A DNA stretch of 64,000 nucleotides from Vitrella brassicaformis CCMP3155 (Eukaryota; Protista; Chromerida). Location: NCBI GenBank assembly GCA_001179505.1, contig CDMY01000592.1:1-64000 (forward strand). Direction: 5' to 3'. Each line of letters opens with the position of its first letter. Within the stretch, counting starts at the first letter, position 1. The notes below the pieces were generated by a model that saw nothing but the letters and a program-made list of their open reading frames with translations, was not told the DNA's origin and ran no database searches. Made by a program: the position numbers and the translations under genes. Below are positions 32,595 through 44,841 of the stretch, one piece after another.

Positions 32595-33037
32595 TCGCAG
32601 ATCACCAATCCACGGGCTCTCACACGACGCAACGTGTGCAGGCTCCCCGGTCGGTCGCTGCCCTCTTCTCCTCGCTAAGCGGCACGCATGAGAGCGGCCA
32701 ACTCGGCTTCCATCGTCAACTCAGATCTCACACAGGTGCCTGCCCTCTGAACCACGCACGCAACAAACAGCGATATGAGTGGATCTGTGTGTTTTTCGGG
32801 TGGGATCGATTCGTTTGCCCCACCTGATGATAATGCTCTTGAAGGCGCCAAGCGGAAGGCCTTCTCGCTTCTCATTGCGAGCTTGCAAGCTTGAAACGCT
32901 AAGCCATGGAAGCCATGGGGGTCTGTGTCGATAGGGAGCTGAGTGGGTTGGTTGTCGAGATCTTAAGTCGCGGCGTCGGCGTCATGCTGTGCGTGCGTGT
33001 CCCTGTGTGTGTGTGTGTGTGTGTGTGCAGGAGAGCC

Positions 33038-33262
33038 ATGAGTGACACTCTGCAGCAGCGGCATGTTTTAGCCAAGACAGTGTCCCTACACGTTGGGCGG
33101 GACGCGTCAGTCGGGGCTGTCAAGATGCAGCTACAGCAGGAGAACGGCCTCTTCGCCACAAAGCAAACTGTCACCCATCAATCGACCAAGATGGAGGACA
33201 ACCGCACACTGGCTGATTAGAATGTCCAGAAGGACGCGACTCTGCACTTGGATTTTCCGTAA
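33038..33262 (+). pseudogene. Ubiquitin-like domain interrupted by an in-frame TAG
   Basis: KTVSLHVGRDASVGAVKMQLQQENG...MEDNRTLAD*NVQKDATLHL aligns with ubiquitin KTITLEV...[20 protein letters not shown]; TAG at 33218-33220 replaces the Tyr; no C-terminal GG. Confidence 0.8.
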
Positions 33263-34549
33263 GGATACAAACAAGTCGTCCACTCATATTATGCCCGAGT
33301 GGCCTTTCTGTCTGTCAATGTATCGCTTGCAGTTTGCGTGCGGGCCCTTCCCACGCCAGTGATGCGAAGTGGACACGTCGCATCGATGTTTGTCTATGTG
33401 GATATGTATTGCGAGTCCCGTCTATCCTTCCGACAAGGTGCGTACGAACAGGAAGGGAGAGCAGACAGACAGACAGACAGGATGACGTATACATGGAAGG
33501 AATGGATGTGTATCGACCGTCTGCCGCACACACAACCGAACACGACCGATCCGTATGTGGGTGTTCCCGCATCCCCGTGACCACCGCCTCCGCGTGTGTG
33601 TGCAGCCGACGTGTGTGTCCGTTGTATGTGAGCACAAAGCGTTTGTGTTGCTCGTGCCCACGTGTATGTTGATGGATGTGTTGTGTGTCCGTCGATGGGT
33701 GCGTGCGAATGACTGTCTGCCTGCCTGCCTGCCTGGATGGATGGATGGATACATGGATGGGAATCGATGGGTGCGTATATATGGGAAGAAGAGCGCTGAG
33801 GAGAAGGGGGCCCTTGTATGATGTGATGCATGCCCATTGATGATGCACGTGCCAGTGGAGCAGTCCAGGTGCTGCAGGCAGCCAGACATGTATGTGTGCA
33901 TCGCAAGATGTGTCCGTAGAGCCGAGCTGAAAAGAACTGATGATGACAGAGCTGTGCAGGAAGCGCATACAGGAGCATTTGCCTTCGTCGTTGAGCAAGC
34001 TAGCCATCTAGTAGCGCTGCACGCTGGTGAACGGACACCACAGGATTCGATTTCCCACCCGCTTTGGCAGCCTTTGTGGCTTTGTTGCGTTTCGTGATTG
34101 GACTCTGCGTACCAATTCTGTTGATTCTCCACGGGTCCCCTCCCCTGTGTCTGTTCCCCACTGTCGCTGAGGACATCACCTGGACATCGCCATTCCCCTC
34201 TTCCACGTCACGTTATCATCCCCCTACCCATTGCCACTAGAAACCAGTCACCCTCTCTCACACTGTACCCGCACGTACAGAGAGGGCGGTGGCGCGATAG
34301 CGCCCCTCTCTGCCGTTTGACTGCCTGTATCTCTCGTCTTTCTTGCTTCCACACACAGACAGGCTCAGAGGAGGACGCTATCCTATCAATGCACGTATGC
34401 ATTATAATAGAAAGAGCACGTAGCCATAGTAGAAGGAATACGTAACGACAAACACTTAAATATCCGCACGGCAGATCGGGTGATCCAAATTTACGAAGCA
34501 TGCGTCGTTATTGTAAACGCATTTCGTGCGCCCTTCCGCCTCCCTCCCC

Positions 34550-36332
34550 ATGAAGGCCATTCGGTTCGCCATCTTTGCCTTCCTGCTCGTTGCGAGTGTG
34601 CGGACACAACCTAACATTCCTCCACAGGAGGATCCAGGAGATGGTCCCGGCCCTATCAATCCCAATCTCCCAGGCATCACACCGCCAGAGCCTCCCCCAG
34701 AGGAGTGAGGAGGACACACGGGCAAGTCTTCGCAGCTAGCTGCATCATTTGTTGTGGTTGTCTGTCACGCAGGCCTGCTGCCCCCCCTGGTGATGCCCCT
34801 CAAATTCCTCCACAGGAGGATCCAGGAGATGGTCCCGGCCCTATCGATCCCGGTCTCACAGGCATCACACCGCCAGAGCCTCCCCCAGAGGAGTGAGGAG
34901 GACAGACACGGGCAAGTCTTCGCAGCTAGCTGCATCATTTGTTGTGGTTGTCTGTCACGCAGGCCTGCTGCCCCCCCTGGTGATGCCCCTCAAATTCCTC
35001 CACAGGAGGATCCAGGAGATGGTCCCGGCCCTATCGATCCCGGTCTCACAGGCATCCAGCTGCCAGAGCCTCCCCCAGAGGAGTGAGGAGGACAGACACG
35101 GGCAAGTCTTCGCGTCGAGCTGCATCATTTGTTGTGGTTGTCTGTCACGCAGTCCTAGCGAACCCCCTCCTGATGTCCCCCCTGAGCCTGAGCCTGGCAA
35201 CCAGGACACCCCCCCTGAGCCTGAGCCTGGCAACCAGGACCCCCCTCCTCCTGGCAACGAAGACCCGCCTCCCCCTGGCAATGATGAGTGAGGAGGTACA
35301 CACAGGACAGTGTTCGCTTCGAGCTGCATCATTTGTTGTGGTTGTCTGTCACGTAGTACCACAGATGATACAGGAGGAGGAGGAGGAGGAGGCGGGGGAA
35401 CAGGAGGAGGCGGGGGAACAGGAGGAGGTGGTGGCGGAGGCACTGGTGGCGGAGGCACTGGTGGTGGTGGTGGCGGAGGCACTGGTGGCGGGGGGACGGC
35501 TCCCACGGGAGGGACAACCGGCACGGGCGATGATGACCTGTCACCAGTGCACGTCGGACCGGGAGACACTGCACTAGCCATTGGTGAGGGGGTGCTGCCC
35601 GTCGAGGAAGACGTCATTGGGACGCGCAAGGGTGACCTGCAGTGGGCGACCTATCAATGCGGCGGGACACCTGCTCTTGGCATATATGACTTCGCAGACG
35701 ACGGTATGCAGGACAAATATATATATCGCCACACCAAAAGAGATGTCTTGTGTGTTTATGCGTGTGCATCAGCTGACGACACGCTTGCTGAGGGCGAGGG
35801 CTACATCGGGTGCGGCATTGATCTGCCAATCAACCAGATCTACGCCAACAAACTTTTCAGCACCGAACTCGGCACACTTGGCGAGAGCACACTAGCTGAG
35901 GAGATCAAGACTGAGTCGGAAAGGGAGGCGAGTGACGCGCTCTCTGCTCTCGAGAAGGTTCAGTTCCATACTTACAAGTGGAAACATGGGGCCCTCGACC
36001 CACACAAGCGGCAATTCGGTCAGCATTGGCTACATACTCCTCCTTTCCTGAGACATTTGCCGGTTTGTGCAGGTGTGTTGGCCGATGAGCTGAAGGATGT
36101 CTTTCCCGAGGCAATTTTTGAGTCGTCTGCAGACGGAGATGAGGCGCTCTACATCGATGTGCCCACCTTGCTTTACAAGACGATGCAGGCCACCCAGCAG
36201 CTGCACCGTATAATAAAGGAGCAGAAGCAGCAGGAGGGAGGTGCCAAGGAGTCGGAGGGACAGCCGGTTCGAGAGAGTTCGTCGCGTGATCCATTTCAGG
36301 AGTTCTTGCACTGGGTTACAGGTACTAGATGA
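34550..36332 (+). CDS. Secreted Pro/Gly-rich repeat protein with C-terminal peptidase S74/ICA-like chaperone domain (~460 aa, 7 exons)
   Basis: Signal peptide MKAIRFAIFAFLLVASVRT; exons 34550-34704, 34773-34892, 34963-35082, 35153-35287, 35357-35703, 35773-36018, 36073-36332 total 1383 nt in frame; ALSALEKVQFHTYKWK...FGVLADELKDVFPEAI...LLYKTMQATQQL. Confidence 0.85.
34705..35356 (+). repeat. Tandem exon+intron repeat (period ~188-190 bp) with four near-identical phase-2 introns
   Basis: Intron gtgaggaggacac...tgcatcatttgttgtggttgtctgtcacgcag recurs at 34705, 34893, 35083, 35288; the 120-bp exons 2 and 3 are almost identical. Confidence 0.95.
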
Positions 36333-36390
36333 TGCGATCAGTGCAGACACGTGTGACGTCGTGCGATCAGTGCAGACACGTGTGACGTCG
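36333..36390. repeat. Perfect 29-bp tandem duplication directly after the stop codon
   Basis: tgcgatcagtgcagacacgtgtgacgtcg x2. Confidence 0.9.
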
Positions 36391-38507
36391 CATTCATTGA
36401 TCATTTTACTCATGGGAGTGTCATCGATGAGCATTTTATGCGCGTGCGTGTCTTCTTTGCGGGGGTTTGTGTGTGTTGATGGCTTATATGTGTTCCCTCT
36501 CGTCTACCTGCGTGTCTGTGTGCCTCTTCGTGTGCTCATTGGTGAGGGCCTGTGTGCGTGTTGGGGGTTTCAGTTTCGTGTTGCCTGCTTTTCTGCCAAA
36601 GGTGTCGAAAGGCGACATGTTTTGACTACTTTCTCTCCCTGATCTCGCTTTGTCAACCAGAGAGCTCGTATCAAAACCTCACCTCAAACGAGGTGAGGTT
36701 TTGTCAGATCCAAACGAGACCTATGTGGTAGTGCCGATGCTTGTCACCAGTGGTAGAGAGGCAGTCACCTGCACTATCTCCGTGTGCGTCCCGTGCAGTG
36801 TGCATCTTCGTATTCTCGCTATCTGTGATAATTGACCGACCAAGCATTGACCAGCGAAGGACCTATAAGCCCTCTCAATTTCGTCTCTGATCCACTCATC
36901 GGCGGAATTGACCGACCACTTTCGTAGATATCCTTCTCTGTGCGGTCTATTCCGCCGACGGCAATAGACTTGCGGTCATTTTGAGTCAGTGAGTGGTCGG
37001 CCCGAATGGCTGATTTGAGTCTCTTTGTGAGGTGATTGGTTTATACGGTTCATTTTGCTTGTGTACAGACCGATCGGGGTGGGCTGATTGCTTTAACCGA
37101 TACTCACCGTACATGATACATTCATACAAACGAACAGTCGGACAGCGTGTACAGGAGGCAGCGTGCACATACATGCACGCACACATACACGCACACATAT
37201 ATGCATACGTACATACATACATACATACATAATACATGTACAAACGAACAGTGACACAGGGCGTGAGACACAACAGAGTACAGGAGAGAGAGAGAGAGGG
37301 AGACGGAGACACACACACACACATATAGACACACACACATATACACACACACAGATGCGCTGCATGAATCAATCAATTAATCAATCCACGAAAGGGAGCC
37401 AGTTTTGTGCTGTCTGATCGGTTAGCCAGCCAACTATGGAGGGAAGAATGGCTCGCATCTCTGGTAATGCACACACGTGAAGGGTTTTGCCTTACTTTTC
37501 CTTCGCCATGTCGTCTCATCGGTCGAATACACTCACTCACAGACACCAACCACACGCACTGGGTGCCTGTGAGGGTAGACAGGGCGGCGGCTAACTGCTT
37601 AGCTGAGGGGAGTGCCTTGTAGGAGGGGCGAGGGAGCTGGTGGGTGTGTCTGCTGCATGTGCTGTGCCTGGTGCGTGGCTGGCTGGATGTGTGGAGAGAC
37701 ACACAGATACCTATGACTGACTGAGCCGATTTACTCAATCTGATGAATGGCGTGTGACGGGTTGAAATCAGAATGTCGCTGTGCCTGCCTGCATCGCACC
37801 AATCGATTGAAGGTCATCGCAGCCATAGCGCCGTCTACACCGCTAGCAATGACGCTCCTCAACGCACTCATGACGATAGACACAACACACACACACTCGT
37901 CAAGAGAGAATGTGGGAATGACCTGACTGACTCGGAAAGAGAGAACACGCAGCGCAGCACAGCACGTAAGATGACCGAATCGCACAGATACACAGCTGTG
38001 CTGTGCCGCACACAGCGTCAGACAAATACAAATATATACACACACGACGAACGTCTGCATGGCCTACAGACCAACCACTCAGCCACTCAGCCAGTCATCT
38101 CTTCCCTCCCTCCCTTCCTCTCTGCACGCGACGAAAGGCGTGGATGGCTGCACAGGCCGACAAATAACTGCATCCGCATCATGCCTGCCGGAGACTCGCA
38201 AGGTCCAGCTCGAGTCCTTGCCCGTCGTTGCCCAGGCGCAGCGCGAACTTGAACTCTGCCTTGAGACTCGCCAGCAGGCCGACCCTGTCTGTTGCGCCAG
38301 GCAGGAGATGCGCATGCCCCCTCTTCCCTTCCCAGCCGTGTGAAAAAGCTCAACCAATAAGACGGCCGGGCCCCCCACTTGGAGATAGATGCGGTGCGAC
38401 ATTCCCCCACCTGTCCACACACACAGACAGCCCCACAGACAGCTGCGCCTGCATCACATAAATGTGACACAGGCACCTCTCCTTCCCTACCAGATTGACT
38501 CATTCGC

Positions 38508-38816
38508 TCATCCAGTCTGCGGCATCTCCCTCCTCCTCTTGAGCTCCTTCTCCCTGTAGTACCGGTCAACGGCGATCCCGACCACACCGAAGAAGCTGAA
38601 GATGACGAAAAACCCCACCAGCCCGTGACGCTGCTCGTGGACAGAGTCCCAGAAGGTGTTGGGGATCTCGCTTGCTCTGCGGTGAGTCGACGGCGGACGG
38701 TCCTTGGGAGCCTGCGAGGATGAGAAGCACCGGTGGTTGGCTCACAGGGACACTCGAGCTGTGGCTGGTGTGTCGAAGATCCGCTTTGTCATGGGCATCA
38801 GACGCAACTTGAACAT
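38508..38816 (-). CDS. Small single-pass membrane protein (~88 aa), possibly mitochondrial
   Basis: MFKLRLMPMTKRIF leader, 42-nt GT-AG intron, TM GLVGFFVIFSFFGVVGIAV then DRYYREKELKRRRE; head-to-head with VPS41. Confidence 0.5.
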
Positions 38817-39024
38817 TGTCCTTGCTGCACCCGCTGGCCTGAGTGATCTTCCTTCCTCCCTCCTTCGCTTTTCAGCCGCGAGCTCAACCTCCAGCTCGCA
38901 GCGGTTTCAGGGAGCACCTCCAGCTCAACCTGCGAGCTCAGCTTGCAGACCCGAGTGTGCCGCCCCTCTGCGAGAGCGGAATGAATGAGTGGCGTGGCCA
39001 CCCATTGGCTGATTCTCTTTTTCC

Positions 39025-42000
39025 ATGAGTGAGCAGCCGCCAGATCCATCATCCAGCAGCCACCCAGCCCCTTCAGTCAACCCCGAGATCCCCTCTCTCC
39101 CCGCAGTCGACGCACCGCCGCAAAGGCGACAGATTGTCGACAACAACCACAGGGAGGCCTCGCCGGCGTCATCGCCGCAGCGGCACGACAAACGCCAAGA
39201 CGGCCATGAAGAGGGCGACGAAGAGGAAGATGATGACGATGAGGAGGAGCCTCTGGTTGACTACCATCGTGTGGTGTCGCCCTTCATGCGTCGGCTGCTG
39301 GAGCGGGACTCGGCGACCTGCCTGGCCTACACCGATGAGGTGCTGGCGGTGGGGACAGAGAGCGGGGCGGTCTACATACTAGACCAGGCGGCTGAGGAGA
39401 CCCAGAGGTTCCACTCACACAATGCACGGGTGAGTGCGAGAGGGAGGGAGGGAGGGAGGGAGAGAAAGCACACGGGAGTGTCATCCATTCATTGTGGCGT
39501 GGTGTGCGCGTGTGCAGGTCAACGACTTGTCGATCGACCTGCAGGGGGCGTATTGCGCGAGTTGCGGTGCGGACGGCAAGGTGGTGGTGCATGCCCTCAA
39601 GGGGCGGCAGCGGCCGCAGCCCGTCGACCCACCGTGGTCCTTCGACTACGAGTGGGCGGTGCTGAGTGTGGCCATTCACCCACAATACGCTGAAGGCACC
39701 CAGAACAAAATGGTATGTATGGGTGTCTGTCTGTCTGTGGGAGGCAGTCGAGTCGACAGAGATATGGCGGCCGGGACGCTGGCTGTGTGTGTGCATCACA
39801 TCAGGTGTGTCTTGGTGGGGATGAGTACAAGCTGATTCTCAACAAGAGGGGCATGCTCGTGTCCTCCAACACAGTCGTTCACAGGTGCATTGCAATACAC
39901 AGCAGAAGAACACACAAGACATCCATCCATACGTACCCACCCACCCGCACCGGCTCACAAACCTGTGCTGTGTGTTGGTCCCAGCGGTGAGGGCACCATC
40001 TTTTCTGTGCGTTGGCGAGGTTCGCTGATCGCGTGGGCCAATCTGAAGGGCGTCAAGGTGTTTGACGTCATAACGCACCAGAAGGTGACCTTCATCCCGC
40101 GATCCAACTACAGATACGGCATCGACGGGAACGCCATCCAAACCCCACAGCTGGTCCGTCGGCGCACAGAAAGGCCGACAGACACAAAGAGGGGCTGCCG
40201 AATGGATTGGTGTGTTGCTATGATGTTGTGTCAGGCGTTGGACTCGAGCAACCGCCCGTCGCTGTGTTGGAGCAGCGACGACACCCTCATCTTCGGCTGG
40301 GCATTCGTCGTCAAGGTGGGCGGGCCAATCCTTGCCCACATCGACAGACAGCCAATCCACCGACACTCTTCCTTTCTGCAGATTGCCAAGTTCCGGGAGA
40401 AGGCCGAGATGGGCTCACCGCCGATCAAGTGAGCCACTCACGCCGATGGATTGTCTGTCCCATGGATGGCTGAATGGATGGATCGATGGATATCTCTCTG
40501 TCGATGCCATGCCATGCAGGTATGCTGAGGTGGTCGAGCACTTCGCGCTGCCGTACATCGTGTGTGGCGTGGCGCCCTTCGCCATCAACGGCGGCGCCAG
40601 CAACGGGGAGTCGCTGCTGGCCATCCTCACCTGCACAGAGGGGGGCGTCAACGACCCGGATGAACCGCCGCAACACCACCTCTGCAGGTAGCTAGGCATG
40701 CAGGCAGCCATGCCATGTGTGTATGGTGACGTATGTGCACTTGCCTGTGGTGTGTCTGTCTGCTCTGCGTGGCGTAAATCTCACGTTAGGCCGTCTGGTG
40801 AGATTTTGTTCTCCGACTACGTGCCGGTGAACCAGTGTGTGGGTCGGCAGCCCCTCGACTTCAAGCTCGAGCACCGAGATCCATCCATGCCCAACTACAT
40901 CGTCGCACCTAAGGACCTGCTCATGGTGTGTGCACACAATGGGCGCCCATCCATCCATCCGCCGATTGCGTGTCCTGTTTGTGTGTCAGGTTCGTCGTCG
41001 CAGTTTGGAGGACCACAGCGTGTGGCTGGTGGACCACGAGAGGTATGAGGAGGCCATCGACGTGGCCAGGAACGGCTCACCCGACCTCCTAAGGGCCATC
41101 GGCCAGAGCTGCCTCAAGCCGCTGCTGCAGCAGAGGGACTTCCAGAGGGCGGCCAACATCATCTCTCAACTCAACATCACGGATGGGGACGAGTGGCGTG
41201 CTGTGGTCGAGGCCTTCGATTCGCACGGAGCCCTGACGCACCTGGCGCCCTTCATCCCGCTGCCGGACAGCAACACTCACGAGGAGGCCTGTGTGCCGCT
41301 GGGGGTCGACGCATCAGGCTGGCAGGTAGGGACCGTACCCACACGCACCCCACCACAACACCATACCCCAATGCACACATAAGTGAGCCGTTTCTCTCTC
41401 GTCGCTTCAGTCGAAGGTCGACGAGCGTGAGAAGACCAAGAACCCCCCTCTGCCACTGGAGGCCTCTCTCTACGAGACCCTCCTGCTCAAACTGGGTGAG
41501 TCCGACCCGTCGCTTCTCCTGGAGCTGGTGCAGAAGTGGCCCATCCACCGGCTGGACCTCAAGCGCCTTATCGACAAGCTCAGAGCCATGACCGACCTCC
41601 CCTCTGTCCCACACAAGACGCTTCCACCCGCTTTGGCCGTTAGCGGCCTCTTGCGGGCCGACCAGCGGTCGTCCGGTGCTTCTGGAGGGTCTGGCGTCAT
41701 GTCGTCTCGCGACGGGACGCCACAGAGTTCGACCAGGGGAGGTGGCGGTGGTGGTGGTGCACCGTCTCCCAGGATGCTGCCGCTGCTGCAGGTGCTCGCA
41801 CACCTCTATGAGGAGACCAAACAGGTCGGTCGGTGTGGTGGGTCAGCAGCGGAGTGGCATAGTGAAGGACCTTCCTCCCTCCCTCCCTCCCTCCCTGTTT
41901 GCCCCTATGTATATAAAATATATATATGTGTGTGCAGTATTCCCGTGCGTTGGAGGTGCTGTTACGGATCCGGTCACCGTGCGTCTTCGACCTCATCACC

Positions 42001-44442
42001 GCACACCTGCACCAAGACGCTGACTTCAGAGGTGGGGGAGGGACTCGGTCACAAAGCACAGAAACACTCCGCACTCTCCTTGTGTGCTGCCATGCCGTGT
42101 CTGTCTCGCCAGAGACGGTGGCGCGTCAGTCTCTTGGTCTGATGACCCTCGACTGGAGCCGCGCGTGTTCCCTCTTCGTGGGCGAGGCGCAGCTCTTCTC
42201 CCTCAACGAGGTGGTGCCCCACCTCATGAGTGACAGGCTGCTGCTCCACACCTACCTCAAGGAGCTCTTCTTCAGGGACCCCATCCAGACGCGCCACTAC
42301 CACCCCCTGCAGGTGGAGCTCTTCCTCCAGTACGACCCCCACCTCGCACTAGACTTCCTGCGGCTCGCCGACGGGCACTACGACGTCCAGGAGGCCCTGC
42401 AGCAATGCAGGAATGCCAGGAGTATGATGGGCCAGCATCAGGGGAAGGGCAGCGGCCGGTCCCCCGCGCTTCTCGAGGCGGAGGTGTTTCTGCTGGGCCG
42501 CGCGGGGCTGACGCGGGACGCCCTCAACATCCTGCTGGAGCAGCTGCAGGACATCCGCGCGGCAGTGCGGTTTGCAGCCGAGTACAGAGACCCGGAGTTG
42601 TGGGAGCAGCTGGTCACCTTTGCTCTGCAGCATCCTGCGGCGCTGGCGGAGCTGCTGACGCATTTGGACACCGACAGCGACCGCAGTTCGGCGTCTCCGC
42701 GTGACCGGGAGGCGGTGCTGTTCCCCGTGGGTGCGAGGGGGGAGGGCATGGGCAACGGGGGAGTGCTGCCGGTGACGCCTCTGCAGGTGGGTGCGCCTCT
42801 GTCGCACTACCACATGTATGGCCGCGCTTCTGTGGTCGTGTGGATGTGTTCAGATCCTCCGTCGCTTGCCGGAGGGTGACTTGTCAAAGATCCCGCGCAT
42901 TGAGGCCAAGCTGGAGAAGATCTTCAAGGACCTGCAGGTGCAGCGGTCACTGCAGGAGGCGTCCCTCTCCCTCCTCAAGCTCGACAGCGCCCACTTCTCC
43001 AGGGCGCTGCTCACAAGGCGGAGGCGGGGCATCGCTCTCACCATCCACCCCACACCCTTGCTGGCGGCCATGGGGGGCCCCGGCAACCTTGGGCCACCCA
43101 GACCTGCACAGCCCAAACGAGCACCGCCACCAGCAAAGTGAGGAAACCGGACAAAGCCTCGATGCGGGAATCAATGGAGCCTCGCTGTGTGTCTGTCTGG
43201 GTAACACTGTGCAGGCCTCAGCGGTCCCCCCCAGCCACGCCAGGCCTCCCGCCCCCCTCCCCCTCCGCCCCCTCACGCCGTTCTCGCGAGACGTCCTCCC
43301 AGCGGGACAGGAGTGGCTCATCCGACGAGCGGTCCACCCAGATCAGCCAGCGGGCCGCGTCAGAGATGATGGCGACAATGCAGCCCCGCCCCACCGGCCA
43401 CCAGCAGCTGCCGGTGCTCATCTGCCGGTCGTCGACGCGGTGCTGTCTGTGTGATGCTTACGTCATCGATGCGCCGAGGCGGCTGCGTCCCGTGACCATA
43501 TCGTGGCCCTCGCCGCCATCGCCCGCCACGCCCCCTGTGTTTGACCGGCGACCGGAGGCCGACAAGGATGCGGCGAAAGAGGACAGGGGCCGAGAGGGGG
43601 AGGGGGAGGGTGAGCCGTCGGCTGCGGTCATGAGGCGGGCGAGGGAGGAGCTGGGCAAGGTCGCGCGGTTCCACTTCGACTTCAGGTGTGCACGGCTTGG
43701 ACACACAGGCAGTGTCCTGCAAGTGGGTGCATTCTCTCTGTCTCTGTGTGGGTGTGTGATGTTGTGTGTGTGTGTGTGTGTGTGAAGGCGTCACAGCCCC
43801 ACCCATGTGGTGTTCTTGTGCGGCCACGCCGTCCACCTGGCGTGTCAGTTTGACGCCACCCTTCCCTTCTCACCACGCAGCCACAGCGGACCGCACCGCC
43901 ACAGCAGGTACGTATACAGACCTGACAGACAGACAGGGCACAAAGAGAGAGGCATGGAGAGGAGAGGACCCATCCGTCCACACTCTCTTCCTCTCTCCCT
44001 GCCTGTGTCTACCAGGTCTCGAATGACCTCGTCGTCAGCCGCGCGCAGCCGCAGCGCTTCGCGATACCCCCCCAACGCCCCGTCCACCCCCACGCTCCCT
44101 TCAGCAGCTGCCAGGGGCGGCCGACCATCGCCCCCCCACCCATCCACCCCGCCCCTAGCCACAAGGGAAGGGGCGCCGGACAGACCCAAAGACAGAGGAG
44201 GGACAGCAGAGGGCGACACGCAGGCAACAGCATCAGCATCAGCAGCATCGGCAGCATCGTCTGGCGGCGGTGGTGATTCGGACGAGAAGATGCTGCTGCA
44301 TGAGGTGCGGATGGTTCACGCGGCAGTGAGTAAAGGGTGTCGGTTGTGTGCGCGGGCCCCTTTGACAAGCTGGATGTTGAGCGCCAAGCAGACAGGGGGA
44401 CACATAAGGGGACGGTCGTTGAGCCCGCAGAGGCGGCCGTGA
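39025..44442 (+). CDS. VPS41: Vacuolar protein sorting 41 (HOPS subunit): beta-propeller, clathrin-repeat-like solenoid, RING-H2
   Basis: Acidic leader then EEEPLVDYHRV, LAVGTESGAVYILD, GEGTIFSVRWRGSLIAWAN, WSSDDTLIFGW, IVAPKDL, EAEVFLLGRAG, CGHAVHLAC. Confidence 0.92.
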
Positions 44443-44841
44443 CGCGTGTGAGCATGTCAGGTCTCTCTGTGTGTGTCATTGGACTCATTCCATTGAAGTC
44501 GTTGCGTTGAATGAGACATCACAGTGAGAGAGGTGCCCCCCGGCGCTTATCTCCATGTGTTGCTCAGGCAGGCAGGCAGGCAGACATGGCCGTAGATCAC
44601 TTACCTACACATGGGGCATAGATGTCTGGGTCAGGACGGTGCACATGAACGCTCCGTACAGACTGCCATCCATTCCATTCAGGTAGAGACATACAAGAAC
44701 GTAACGACTCCACACGTGACATGACATGCCCGTCGATGAGGCAAGACTAAGCAGCCGAGCCGAAAGCAAGGCATGAAACTACACAACTTGGACATGCATC
44801 TCTTCATTTTGATGGCCAAAAGAAAAGAAAAGGCGCCTCAA

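Noticed and set aside
33218-33220. Stop-codon reassignment as a genome-wide code change
   Set aside because: TAG, TGA and TAA all terminate conserved or well-supported genes in this window (e.g. CDK TAG, PEX1 TGA), and conserved exons contain no internal stops
33300-34250. Overlapping 190-236 aa minus-strand ORFs
   Set aside because: Largely microsatellite-derived and no frame has protein-like or recognisable content
34705-35356. Regularly spaced ~70-bp direct repeats resembling a CRISPR array
   Set aside because: The repeats are spliceosomal introns and the spacers are near-identical coding exons; no cas genes; eukaryotic context
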